From Eshraghiella crossota (GTDB taxonomy: Bacteria; Bacillota; Clostridia; Oscillospirales; Acutalibacteraceae): 64,000 bases of DNA. Made by a program: the position numbers and the translations under genes. The notes under the pieces were generated by a model, which had not been told where the DNA came from, searched no databases, and worked only from the letters and a program-made list of their open reading frames with translations. How positions within the stretch are numbered: the first letter of the stretch is position 1; each line of letters begins with the position of its first letter. The stretch covers positions 2,441-66,440 of the forward strand of contig CAVFQD010000001.1 in the NCBI GenBank assembly GCA_963624605.1, in the 5' to 3' direction. Positions 54,268 to 62,720 of the stretch are shown here, piece after piece.

Positions 54268-56676
54268 ATGGACTATAATTTCAGACAGACAGAAGAAAAA
54301 TGGCAGAAAAAATGGGACGAAGAGGGCGTTTTCCACGCTGTTGACAATTCGGAAAAGCCTAAGTTCTACGGACTTGTAGAGTTCCCCTATCCGTCGGGCG
54401 CGGGTATGCATGTCGGACACATCAAGGCTTATTCGGGTCTTGAGGTCGTTTCGAGAAAAAGACGACTTCAGGGCTACAATGTGCTTTTTCCGATAGGCTT
54501 TGACGCATACGGACTTCCCACGGAAAACTATGCTATAAAGACAGGTATACATCCGAGAAAAGTTACCGATATGAATATAGAGAAGTTTACAAGTCAGCTT
54601 AAAAGGGTAGGCTTCTCATTTGACTGGACGAGGGTTATCGACACCACGCAGGAGGACTACTACAAGTGGACTCAGTGGATATTCCTCAAAATGTTTGAGA
54701 ACGGACTTGCTTTCCGCGACAAGACATTGGTAAACTACTGCCCGTCATGCAAGGTTGTCCTTTCAAACGAGGACTCGCAGGGCGGCAAGTGCGACATCTG
54801 CCATTCAGATGTCGTTCAGAAATCAAAGGATGTCTGGTATCTCCGTATCACAAAATATGCCGACAAGCTTCTTGAGGGACTCAACGAGGTTGATTATCTT
54901 CCGAACATCAAGCTTCAGCAGATAAACTGGATAGGTAAATCAAAGGGTGCGTTTGTAAACTTCAAGGTAAATGAGGCTGACGAGAGCTTCAGAATTTACA
55001 CCACACGTCCCGATACGCTCTTCGGCGTAACCTTTATGGTTATGGCTCCCGAGCATCCCATAATCGACAAGTATGCGGACCTCATCGGCAATATGGACGA
55101 GGTCAGGGCGTACAGACAGGAATGTGCGAAAAAGACCGAGTTCGAGAGAACACAGCTTGTAAAGAATAAAACAGGTGTAAAGCTTCAAGGCTTTACAGCG
55201 AAAAACCCCGTCAACGGCAAGGAAATCCCGATTTATATTTCCGACTATGTTATGATGGGTTACGGCACGGGCGCAATTATGGCTGTTCCCGCTCACGATC
55301 AGAGAGACTACGACTTCGCAAAGAAGTTCGGTATTGATATAATCGAGGTTATCAAGGGCGGAGACGTCTCGGTTGAGGCTTATACGGGAGACGGCGAGAT
55401 GGTAAACTCGGGCTTCCTCAACGGTATGAGCAATAAAAAGGACTCTATCGCAAAGATGATTGAATACCTTGAAGAAAAGGGCATAGGCGAAGAGGGCGTT
55501 CAGTATAAGATGAAGGACTGGGCGTTCAACCGTCAGCGCTATTGGGGCGAGCCTATTCCGATTGTTTACTGCCCCCACTGCGGAATGGTCCCCGTTCCCT
55601 ATGACGAGCTTCCGCTTAAATTGCCCAAGGTTGAAAACTTTGAGCCGGGACAGGACGGCGAAAGCCCTCTTGCGAAAATTGATTCCTTCGTAAACTGCAA
55701 GTGCCCGAAGTGCGGCGCAGACGCAAGAAGAGAAACAGACACAATGCCTCAGTGGGCAGGTTCTTCGTGGTATTTCCTGAGATATATCGACCCGCACAAC
55801 GATAAGGCGCTGGCAGACCCCGAAAAGCTTAAATATTGGGGTCCCGTTGACTGGTACAACGGCGGTATGGAGCATGTTACACGCCACCTTATCTATTCAA
55901 GATTTTGGCATCGCTTCCTCTATGACATCGGCGCAGTTCCGTTCAAGGAGCCTTACCTCAAGAGAACGGCTCAGGGACTTATCTTAGGACCCGACGGCGT
56001 TAAAATGAGTAAATCAAAGGGCAATGTCATTGACCCGAACGAGGTTGTTGATGTTTACGGCGCAGATGTTTTGAGAACCTATGTTCTGTTTATGGGCGAC
56101 TATGAGCAGGCAGCTCCGTGGAGCGAGTCGAGCGTTAAGGGCTGTAAGAGATTTATCGACCGTATATGGAAGCTTCAGGATATTTTGACCGACGGCGATG
56201 AGTATTCAAAGGAGCTTTCCTCCGCAATGCACAAGACCGTAAAGAAAGTCGGCGAAGACATTGAGGAAATGAAGTACAACACCGCTATTGCGGCCTTGAT
56301 GACGCTTCTCAACCAAATCTACGATAACGGCAGGATAAACCGCGCAGAGCTTAAAACGCTTCTTTTGCTTGTAAATCCCTTTGCTCCGCATATCACGGAG
56401 GAAATGTGGTCAACTCTCGGCTACGGCGAGATGATTGCAAAGGACGGCACATGGCCCGAATATGACGAGGCGAAGTGCATCGACGACACCGTTGAAATCG
56501 CAGTTCAGATAAACGGCAAAATCCGTGCTAAAATCGAGGTTGCAACCGACGCTTCAAACGATGAGGCTATCGCTGCGGCAAAGGCTGACGAAAAAATTGC
56601 CGAAGAGCTTAACGGCAAGAATATAATCAAGGAAATCTATGTTAAGGGAAGGCTTGTAAATATCGTCGCAAAATAA
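54268..56676 (+). CDS. leuS: leucine--tRNA ligase
   Basis: 802 aa. HVGH (HIGH-type) and KMSKSKGN motifs. There is no room for a T-box leader (30-nt gap). Confidence 0.95.
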   Translation: MDYNFRQTEEKWQKKWDEEGVFHAVDNSEKPKFYGLVEFPYPSGAGMHVGHIKAYSGLEVVSRKRRLQGYNVLFPIGFDAYGLPTENYAIKTGIHPRKVTDMNIEKFTSQLKRVGFSFDWTRVIDTTQEDYYKWTQWIFLKMFENGLAFRDKTLVNYCPSCKVVLSNEDSQGGKCDICHSDVVQKSKDVWYLRITKYADKLLEGLNEVDYLPNIKLQQINWIGKSKGAFVNFKVNEADESFRIYTTRPDTLFGVTFMVMAPEHPIIDKYADLIGNMDEVRAYRQECAKKTEFERTQLVKNKTGVKLQGFTAKNPVNGKEIPIYISDYVMMGYGTGAIMAVPAHDQRDYDFAKKFGIDIIEVIKGGDVSVEAYTGDGEMVNSGFLNGMSNKKDSIAKMIEYLEEKGIGEEGVQYKMKDWAFNRQRYWGEPIPIVYCPHCGMVPVPYDELPLKLPKVENFEPGQDGESPLAKIDSFVNCKCPKCGADARRETDTMPQWAGSSWYFLRYIDPHNDKALADPEKLKYWGPVDWYNGGMEHVTRHLIYSRFWHRFLYDIGAVPFKEPYLKRTAQGLILGPDGVKMSKSKGNVIDPNEVVDVYGADVLRTYVLFMGDYEQAAPWSESSVKGCKRFIDRIWKLQDILTDGDEYSKELSSAMHKTVKKVGEDIEEMKYNTAIAALMTLLNQIYDNGRINRAELKTLLLLVNPFAPHITEEMWSTLGYGEMIAKDGTWPEYDEAKCIDDTVEIAVQINGKIRAKIEVATDASNDEAIAAAKADEKIAEELNGKNIIKEIYVKGRLVNIVAK

Positions 56677-56805
56677 GGTGATTTTATGAGAGCTTTTAAG
56701 GAACTTTCAGACAAATTGATTGACATTTTCAGAAATACAAGAACGGCAGACGTTATGATGTACATAGCGTCTGTCGTTGCGTCTTTTTTCAGAGGATAAA
56801 CGATT

Positions 56806-58122
56806 ATGCACTTTAACAGGATAATTTCACTTGTGCTGGTAATAGCTCTTACCTGCCCGATATGCTATCAGACCGATTTATTCGCAAGGCGTACCGACTA
56901 TTCAAATAAGGTAAAGGCTGTTTCGCAGGAAAGCGGCACATATACCGAAGCTGAAATTACAAGCGGACTTACCCGTGAGTTCGAGAGCAGGGAAAAGGAT
57001 ATTGACAGGCTGATAAGTGCCGCCGAGGCAAGTGGAGATACCGATTTCGGGGAGCAGGTAAACACAGCTTTTACAAGGCTTTATTCGCTTCTTAAAAAGG
57101 TTATACTTTCGGGAGGAAGCATTGAATACAGCGATGTGGAAAACGAGCTTACGGACATTTTCAACAGCCTGTTTGCACTTGACACAAAGCTCAACGAAAT
57201 AAGCCCCGAGGCAATGGGCGACCTTACGAACAGAGGCTTTGTAACGCAGGCGATTTCCATTGTGTGGGATATTGTAACCGCCTTTGACAAGAGCAGGGTG
57301 GCTTCGCAGACTATGGAAACGGGCGTTACCCGACTTGAGGACATTCCCTATATCGACGACGGCACGAACGAGCATATGCTTGATGTTTATTATCCCGAGG
57401 GCACAAGCGAAAAGCTTCCCGTTATAATCGACATCCACGGCGGCGGACTTATGATGGGCGACAAGGATTCGAATAAGATTTACTGCTCCGTGCTTGCAAA
57501 GAGAGGCTACACGGTGGTATGCGTCAATTACAGACTTTCGCCCGATGTTCTGTATCCGTCGCAGGTTCAGGATATTATGGCGGCGTTTAAGTGGGTAAAC
57601 GACAATGCCGACAGCTATAATATCGACCTTGACAAGGTCTATGTTACGGGCGACTCCGCAGGCGGCAACCTTGCTTATTATGTTCCGCTTGTCGAGACAA
57701 GTCCCGAGCTTTGCGAGCTTTACGGCGTATCTCCGTCGGGACTTCAAATTGACGCCTTGGGTCTTGTTTCGGGTATGTACGATATGAAAACGGGCGTCAA
57801 TGCTCCGCTCATATCCTGCTATTTCGGCTTTGACTATAAAAACTCGCCGTATTATCCGTATTTACAGCCCGAAGAGGTTTTGCCGCTGGGCGAGCTACCT
57901 CCGTGCTATATGGTGTCATGTTCAAGGGATTTCCTCCATTCTTCGGCAGAACACTTCGACAGCGTTTTGACCGAGCAGGGGATTGAGCATGTTTACCGTG
58001 ACTGGGGCTTGACCGTGAACAAGTCGTCGGGGCACATAACGAGTGTTGCGTATCCGGACCTTGAAGAGAGTCAACAGACCATTGACGAAATGCTTGAATT
58101 TTTTCAAATGCACACAGAATAA
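56806..58122 (+). CDS. secreted alpha/beta hydrolase (esterase/lipase, HGGG-type)
   Basis: Signal/anchor sequence, oxyanion motif DIHGGGL and nucleophile elbow GDSAGG. Confidence 0.8.
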   Translation: MHFNRIISLVLVIALTCPICYQTDLFARRTDYSNKVKAVSQESGTYTEAEITSGLTREFESREKDIDRLISAAEASGDTDFGEQVNTAFTRLYSLLKKVILSGGSIEYSDVENELTDIFNSLFALDTKLNEISPEAMGDLTNRGFVTQAISIVWDIVTAFDKSRVASQTMETGVTRLEDIPYIDDGTNEHMLDVYYPEGTSEKLPVIIDIHGGGLMMGDKDSNKIYCSVLAKRGYTVVCVNYRLSPDVLYPSQVQDIMAAFKWVNDNADSYNIDLDKVYVTGDSAGGNLAYYVPLVETSPELCELYGVSPSGLQIDALGLVSGMYDMKTGVNAPLISCYFGFDYKNSPYYPYLQPEEVLPLGELPPCYMVSCSRDFLHSSAEHFDSVLTEQGIEHVYRDWGLTVNKSSGHITSVAYPDLEESQQTIDEMLEFFQMHTE

Positions 58123-58245
58123 ACACTTATGACGGCGTTCGCACACTATCGAGCCTTGAAAACAACAGGCGGATATAATATAATAATTGAGTTAGGACAG
58201 GGTCGGGCACGGCTCGGCAAATACATATATAAAGGCGGGTAAATT

Positions 58246-59715
58246 ATGAAAAACAATATTTTCTATTTTGTTGTCGGTTCGCAGTTCCTCTACGGCGAGG
58301 AAACCTTGATTGAAATTGACAAACATTCAAAAATAATGGTTGACGGCTTTAATGCCGACAAAAATATTCCCTGTACCGTAAAATGGTTTCCGTGCGTTAA
58401 AACAAGCGAGGAAATTTACAACATAATGAACGAGGCTAACAACGATGAAAGCTGTGCGGGCGTTATTACCTGGATGCACACCTTCTCCCCGTCAAAGATG
58501 TGGGTAAAGGGTCTTACTGCGTTGAGAAAGCCTTATCTTCATCTCAATACACAGTTCAACCGTGAAATCCCGTGGAACGATATTGATATGGACTTTATGA
58601 ACCTCAATCAGTCGGCGCACGGCGACCGTGAGCACGGTTATATTGCCGCAAGACTCCGTATGAACAGAAAGGTTGTTGTCGGCTTCTGGCAGGACGAGGA
58701 TTTCACACGGCAGATAGGCGTCTGGATGAGAGCGGCTGTCGGTGCGGCTGAGTCGAGAAAGCTCAGGGTGCTTCGTATTTCAGACAATATGCGTAATGTT
58801 GCCGTTACCGAGGGCGACAAGGTCGAGGCTTTGATAAAGCTCGGCTGGAGCGTTGACCACTACGGCGTAGGCGATATTATCTCGGAGGTCGATAAGGTAA
58901 CCGAGGAAGAAATCGACGAGCAGATGATTGCTTACGAAAACGAATATGAATTTGACACCGACAACATTCAGTCGGTTCGTTATCAGGCTCAGGAAGAGGT
59001 TGCGCTGAAGAAATTCCTTGACAGGGGCAATTTCAAGGCGTTCCATACGAATTTTGAGGATTTGCAGGGACTTCGTCAGCTTCCCGGACTTGCGGCGCAG
59101 GACCTTATGAGGCAGGGCTACGGCTTCGGTGCAGAGGGCGACTGGAAGGTTGCCGCAATGACGAGAATTATGAAGGTTATGGCAGAGGGCATCGGCAAGG
59201 GCACTGCCTTTATGGAGGATTACACGCTTCATCTTGAAAAGGGCAATGAAATGATACTCGGCGCTCATATGCTTGAGGTCTGCCCGACCATTGCCTGCGA
59301 AAAGCCGAAAATTCAGGTGCACCCTCTCGGCATAGGCGACAGAGAGGATCCTGCGAGACTTGTTTTCAAGGCGAAAAAAGGCTCGGCTATCGTTGTTTCG
59401 CTTGTCGATATGGGCGACAGGTTCAGAATGATTGTAAACGACATTGAGTGTCAGACGCAGGAGCACGATATGCCCAAGCTCCCCGTTGCGGGAGTTCTTT
59501 GGAAGCCGCTTCCCGACTTCAAGACCTCGGCTACGGCTTGGATATATGCGGGCGGAGCGCATCACTCTGTGCTTTCATACGACCTTACCGCAGAGCATAT
59601 GCGTGATTTTGCCGAGATTATGGGCATTGAATTTGTATATATCAACAAGGATACAAAAATTCCCGAATTCAGAAAAGAGCTTGAATACAACGATGTTATC
59701 TGGAGGAACAAATAA
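58246..59715 (+). CDS. araA: L-arabinose isomerase
   Basis: 489 aa. [16 protein letters not shown] start and full-length AraA similarity. Confidence 0.9.
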   Translation: MKNNIFYFVVGSQFLYGEETLIEIDKHSKIMVDGFNADKNIPCTVKWFPCVKTSEEIYNIMNEANNDESCAGVITWMHTFSPSKMWVKGLTALRKPYLHLNTQFNREIPWNDIDMDFMNLNQSAHGDREHGYIAARLRMNRKVVVGFWQDEDFTRQIGVWMRAAVGAAESRKLRVLRISDNMRNVAVTEGDKVEALIKLGWSVDHYGVGDIISEVDKVTEEEIDEQMIAYENEYEFDTDNIQSVRYQAQEEVALKKFLDRGNFKAFHTNFEDLQGLRQLPGLAAQDLMRQGYGFGAEGDWKVAAMTRIMKVMAEGIGKGTAFMEDYTLHLEKGNEMILGAHMLEVCPTIACEKPKIQVHPLGIGDREDPARLVFKAKKGSAIVVSLVDMGDRFRMIVNDIECQTQEHDMPKLPVAGVLWKPLPDFKTSATAWIYAGGAHHSVLSYDLTAEHMRDFAEIMGIEFVYINKDTKIPEFRKELEYNDVIWRNK

Positions 59716-60419
59716 TGCTTGAACAGTTAAAGCAGGATGTTTACAGGGCTAATATGCAGCTTAAAGAGTTCGGCTTGGTTGTTCTGACCTGGGGTAATGT
59801 TTCGGCAATCGACAGGGAAACGGGCTTGGTTGTTATCAAGCCGTCGGGCGTTCCTTATGATACAATGAAAGCCGAGGATATGGTGGTTGTCGATTTGGAC
59901 GGGAATATTGTCGAGGGTATGCTCAACCCCTCGTCCGACACACCCACACACCTTGAGCTTTATCGGAATTTTGAGAGTATCGGTGCGGTTGTGCACACAC
60001 ATTCTGCGTGGGCAACCTCTTTTGCGCAGGCGGGTAGGGAGATAAAGGCATACGGTACAACGCACGCAGATTTTGCAAACCGTTCCGTTCCCTGTACCAG
60101 AGGACTTACAAAGGCAGAGGTCGAGGGCGAATATGAGCTCAACACGGGCAAGGTAATTGTCGAGTGCTTCAAGAACGAAAGCATAAATCCCGACGACTGC
60201 CCGGCGGTTCTCATTCACAGGCACGGACCGTTCTGCTGGGGCAAAAGCTGCTTCAAGGCGGTTGAAAATGCGCTCATTCTCGAAGAGGTTGCCAAAATGG
60301 CATTTAGGACGGAGCAGATTGCCGCAGTTGAGCAAAAACAGGTCGGAATTGAGGATTATCTCCTCGCAAAGCATTATAACCGCAAGCACGGCAAGAACGC
60401 ATATTACGGTCAGAAATGA
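59715..60419 (+). CDS. araD: L-ribulose-5-phosphate 4-epimerase
   Basis: 234 aa class II aldolase/adducin fold ([25 protein letters not shown]). Confidence 0.9.
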   Translation: MLEQLKQDVYRANMQLKEFGLVVLTWGNVSAIDRETGLVVIKPSGVPYDTMKAEDMVVVDLDGNIVEGMLNPSSDTPTHLELYRNFESIGAVVHTHSAWATSFAQAGREIKAYGTTHADFANRSVPCTRGLTKAEVEGEYELNTGKVIVECFKNESINPDDCPAVLIHRHGPFCWGKSCFKAVENALILEEVAKMAFRTEQIAAVEQKQVGIEDYLLAKHYNRKHGKNAYYGQK

Positions 60420-60435
60420 ATTAAATGTAATTTTT

Positions 60436-60464
60436 AAGGACGGATTTTCCGTCCTTATTTTTTG
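60436..60464 (+). terminator. rho-independent terminator after araD
   Basis: AAGGACGGA-tttt-CCGTCCTT followed by ATTTTTT. Confidence 0.8.
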
Positions 60465-60485
60465 TAAAAATTAAACGATGACACG

Positions 60486-60617
60486 GTAGGGCGGGGGCAG
60501 CGCCCTTACGGGCGAGGTAAGAGTGAATAGTGAATAATGAATAGTGAATAGGTGTGGGTGCTTCGCACGGATTAAAAACTATAACGAACTGCGTAGGGAT
60601 AGGGCTCGCCCCTGTCC
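60486..60617. repeat. dispersed GTAGGG-hairpin / GTGAATA-repeat elements (copy set 2)
   Basis: GTAGGGCGGGGGCAGCGCCCTTACGGGCGAGGTAAGAGTGAATAGTGAATAATGAATAGTGAATAGG (60486-60552) and GCGTAGGGATAGGGCTCGCCCCTGTCC (60591-60617). They occur in the same order as at 52126-52282. Confidence 0.8.
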
Positions 60618-60669
60618 TAAATCCTATTCACATAACATTAAACAAAAAGCAGACAGCCAAGCTGTCTGC

Positions 60670-60801
60670 TTATCTGTTTATTTCGGGGTTGTCTGTGCGC
60701 TCAAGAAGATAGTCAACGGAAACATTGAAATAATCGGCGATTTTAATAAGCGTTGCATAATCCGCCTCACGCAACGGAAATCCGTTCGGGGCGTGGAATT
60801 T
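60670..60801 (-). pseudogene. remnant of an XRE-family HTH regulator (C-terminal half only)
   Basis: The minus-strand frame reads KFHAPNGFPLREADYATLIKIADYFNVSVDYLLERTDNPEINR*. This is the typical helix 3 and tail of HTH_3 proteins. It is bounded upstream by an in-frame TAA, has no start codon and lacks the N-terminal helices. Confidence 0.5.
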
Positions 60802-60916
60802 TTATATGCAACCGTAGGACAAAATCACCGATAAAATTTCGCCGAATTCAATCGTTTTATATTTTGTATAAAATCGCCTTTTTTGTAAAAAATCTTATTA
60901 AAGGACAGGTGATTTT

Positions 60917-61942
60917 ATGATTGAGCGTTTTGGCAAATACACATTGAAGCTGAACGAAAGGCCGTCGGTAATCGGATATGCGGGCGTAGTCGGCAAGACT
61001 GAGGGCGAGGGACCGCTCAAAGAGGAATTTGACCATATTTTTGAGGATGACACCCTCGGCGAGGAGTCGTTTGAGAAATCGGAGAGCAGTCTGCAAAGGG
61101 AGGCTGTTCTGCGTGCAATGATAAAATCGGGCAGACCCATAGAGGATGTCGAATACATTTTTGCGGGCGATTTGCTCAATCAGTGCACGGCGTCAACCTT
61201 TTCTCTGCGTGAGTTCGGAATACCGCTTTTGGGGCTGTTCGGCGCTTGCTCGACCATGGCGCTGTCGCTGGGACTTGCGAGCGTGTTCGTAAACTGCGAA
61301 GCCTCCGCTCTTGCGGTTGCGGCAACCTCGTCACATTTCTGTTCCGCCGAAAGGCAATTCCGCCTGCCACTCGAATATGGAGGTCAGCGCACCCCGACGG
61401 CGCAGAGAACCGTAACAGGGGCGGGGGCAAGCGTTGTGGCAAGGCACATTCCGAACAAGCCGTGCATAGAGGCGGTTACATTCGGCAAAATCGTTGATTT
61501 GGGAATTAAGGACTCTGCTAATATGGGTGCGGCTATGGCACCTGCGGCGGCAATGACAATTTCCGACTTCTTCTCCGACACGGGAATGAAGCCCGAGGAT
61601 GTTGATATGATTGTCACGGGCGACCTCGGCTTTGTCGGAAGCGAGCTTTTGCTTGAGCTTATCGAAAAAGACTATTCGCTTGACATTTCGTCGGTCCACA
61701 ACGATTGCGGAATGATGATGTATTACAGAGAAAAGCAGGATGTCCACGCAGGCGGCTCGGGCTGCGGCTGCGGAGGTTCAATCCTCAACACCTATTTTAT
61801 GAACAGGCTTGAAAAAGGCGATTTTTCAAAAATACTGTTTGTGGCAACCGGAGCGCTGATGTCTCCGACCACATCCTTGCAAGGGGAGAGTATACCGTCT
61901 ATAGCGCACGCAGTGCTTTTGTCAAAGCCCGACAACAACTAA
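60917..61942 (+). CDS. spoVAD: stage V sporulation protein AD
   Basis: 341 aa thiolase-like protein. Its length and sequence are typical of SpoVAD (ERPSVIGYAGVVGKTEGEGPL..., GDLLNQC, GACSTM, SGCGCGGS). Confidence 0.85.
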   Translation: MIERFGKYTLKLNERPSVIGYAGVVGKTEGEGPLKEEFDHIFEDDTLGEESFEKSESSLQREAVLRAMIKSGRPIEDVEYIFAGDLLNQCTASTFSLREFGIPLLGLFGACSTMALSLGLASVFVNCEASALAVAATSSHFCSAERQFRLPLEYGGQRTPTAQRTVTGAGASVVARHIPNKPCIEAVTFGKIVDLGIKDSANMGAAMAPAAAMTISDFFSDTGMKPEDVDMIVTGDLGFVGSELLLELIEKDYSLDISSVHNDCGMMMYYREKQDVHAGGSGCGCGGSILNTYFMNRLEKGDFSKILFVATGALMSPTTSLQGESIPSIAHAVLLSKPDNN

Positions 61943-62422
61943 AGGAGAATAGCGTGAAAAATCACGCTATTCATAATTATAGTGCCCTCAAAATTCGCCT
62001 GCGGCAAAATTTTGAGCCGGCAGAAATCACCATCACGCCTGTTCAGGCAACGCAGGTTAAATCGGTGATTTCCAATAAAAATTTGTTGCCTGAAAGGCTA
62101 TGGTGATTAGCGTGAAAAATCACGCTAATCATAATTATAGTGCCCTCAAAATTTGCGATTGGCAAATTTTGAGATGGCAGAAATCACCATCACGCCTGTT
62201 CAGGCAACGCAGGTTAAATCGGTGATTTCCAATAAAAATTTGTTGCCTGAAAGGCTATGGTGATTAGCGTGAAAAATCACGCTAATCATAATTATAGTGC
62301 CCTCAAAATTTGCGATTGGCAAATTTTGAGATGGCAGAAATCACCATCACGCCTGTTCAGGCAACGCAGGTTAAATCGGTGATTTCCAATAAAAATTTGT
62401 TGCCTGAAAGGCTATGGTGATT
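61942..62422 (+). repeat. three head-to-tail copies of a 157/158-bp hairpin-dense non-coding unit
   Basis: AGCGTGAAAAATCACGCT recurs at 61951, 62109 and 62266. I found no differences between copies 2 and 3. Copy 1 differs by a compensatory pair in hairpin 1, a few changes in hairpin 2 and 1 extra nt. See findings. Confidence 0.9.
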
Positions 62423-62581
62423 TTTATGTTTGAACTTTCCGAAGATTTAAGAGTAATATCAGCGTTTACCAAAACTATAAATATATTAACGGCAGTTAAA
62501 ACGGCAATGACGGTTGGGATAATAGTCTACTGCGTTTTTACGGGCTTCAAGGGAGTAAGCCTTGTAAAAAACGCTAAATAA
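62414..62581 (+). CDS. candidate small membrane protein (51-55 aa, not in ORF track)
   Basis: ATG at 62414 (MVIFMFEL...) or 62426 (MFELSEDLRVISAFTKTINILTAVKTAMTVGIIVYCVFTGFKGVSLVKNAK). One predicted TM helix. A strong terminator follows. Confidence 0.4.
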   Translation: MVIFMFELSEDLRVISAFTKTINILTAVKTAMTVGIIVYCVFTGFKGVSLVKNAK

Positions 62582-62596
62582 CAGATTATATGCGGC

Positions 62597-62637
62597 TCGG
62601 GGGACTTTGATATTTTACAAAGTCTCCCGACTTTTTT
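62597..62637 (+). terminator. rho-independent terminator
   Basis: TCGGGGGACTTTG-loop-CAAAGTCTCCCGA (one G-T pair) followed by CTTTTTT. Confidence 0.8.
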
Positions 62638-62720
62638 ATTTTTTATTGAATTCCTACTAAAATTGTATTATTATAATATCAACCGAATTTATAATTTATT
62701 TTACTTTCAGGGAGACTAAA

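Noticed and set aside
54940-55887. 315-aa minus-strand ORF
   Set aside because: It is antisense to leuS and shows no recognisable motifs. It is a shadow ORF.
56686-56799. 37-codon ORF (MRAFKELSDKLIDIFRNTRTADVMMYIASVVASFFRG) after leuS
   Set aside because: It has no convincing SD. The region is better explained as the leuS terminator-like hairpin (ACGGCAGACG...CGTCTGTCGT followed by a T-run).
56902-57747. 281-aa minus-strand ORF
   Set aside because: It is antisense to the alpha/beta hydrolase gene, which has clear catalytic motifs.
58780-59565. 261-aa minus-strand ORF
   Set aside because: It is antisense to araA.
59727-60389. 220-aa minus-strand ORF
   Set aside because: It is antisense to araD.
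60544-60834. 96-aa plus-strand ORF
   Set aside because: It reads through the dispersed repeat elements and runs antisense to the XRE remnant, so it is a repeat-derived artefact. The same applies to 52060-52284 on the minus strand.
61942-62422. The 157-bp array as a CRISPR array, integron attC cassettes or a protein repeat
   Set aside because: There are no unique spacers between repeats and the units are contiguous. No RYYYAAC/GTTRRRY attC core pair is present. The period is not divisible by 3. No cas, integrase or transposase genes are in the window.
62582-62720. SAM or cobalamin riboswitch upstream of the Rrf2-metH locus
   Set aside because: The AT-rich 140-nt region contains only a terminator and a promoter-like TTGAAT...TATAAT. 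No conserved riboswitch cores were seen by eye.
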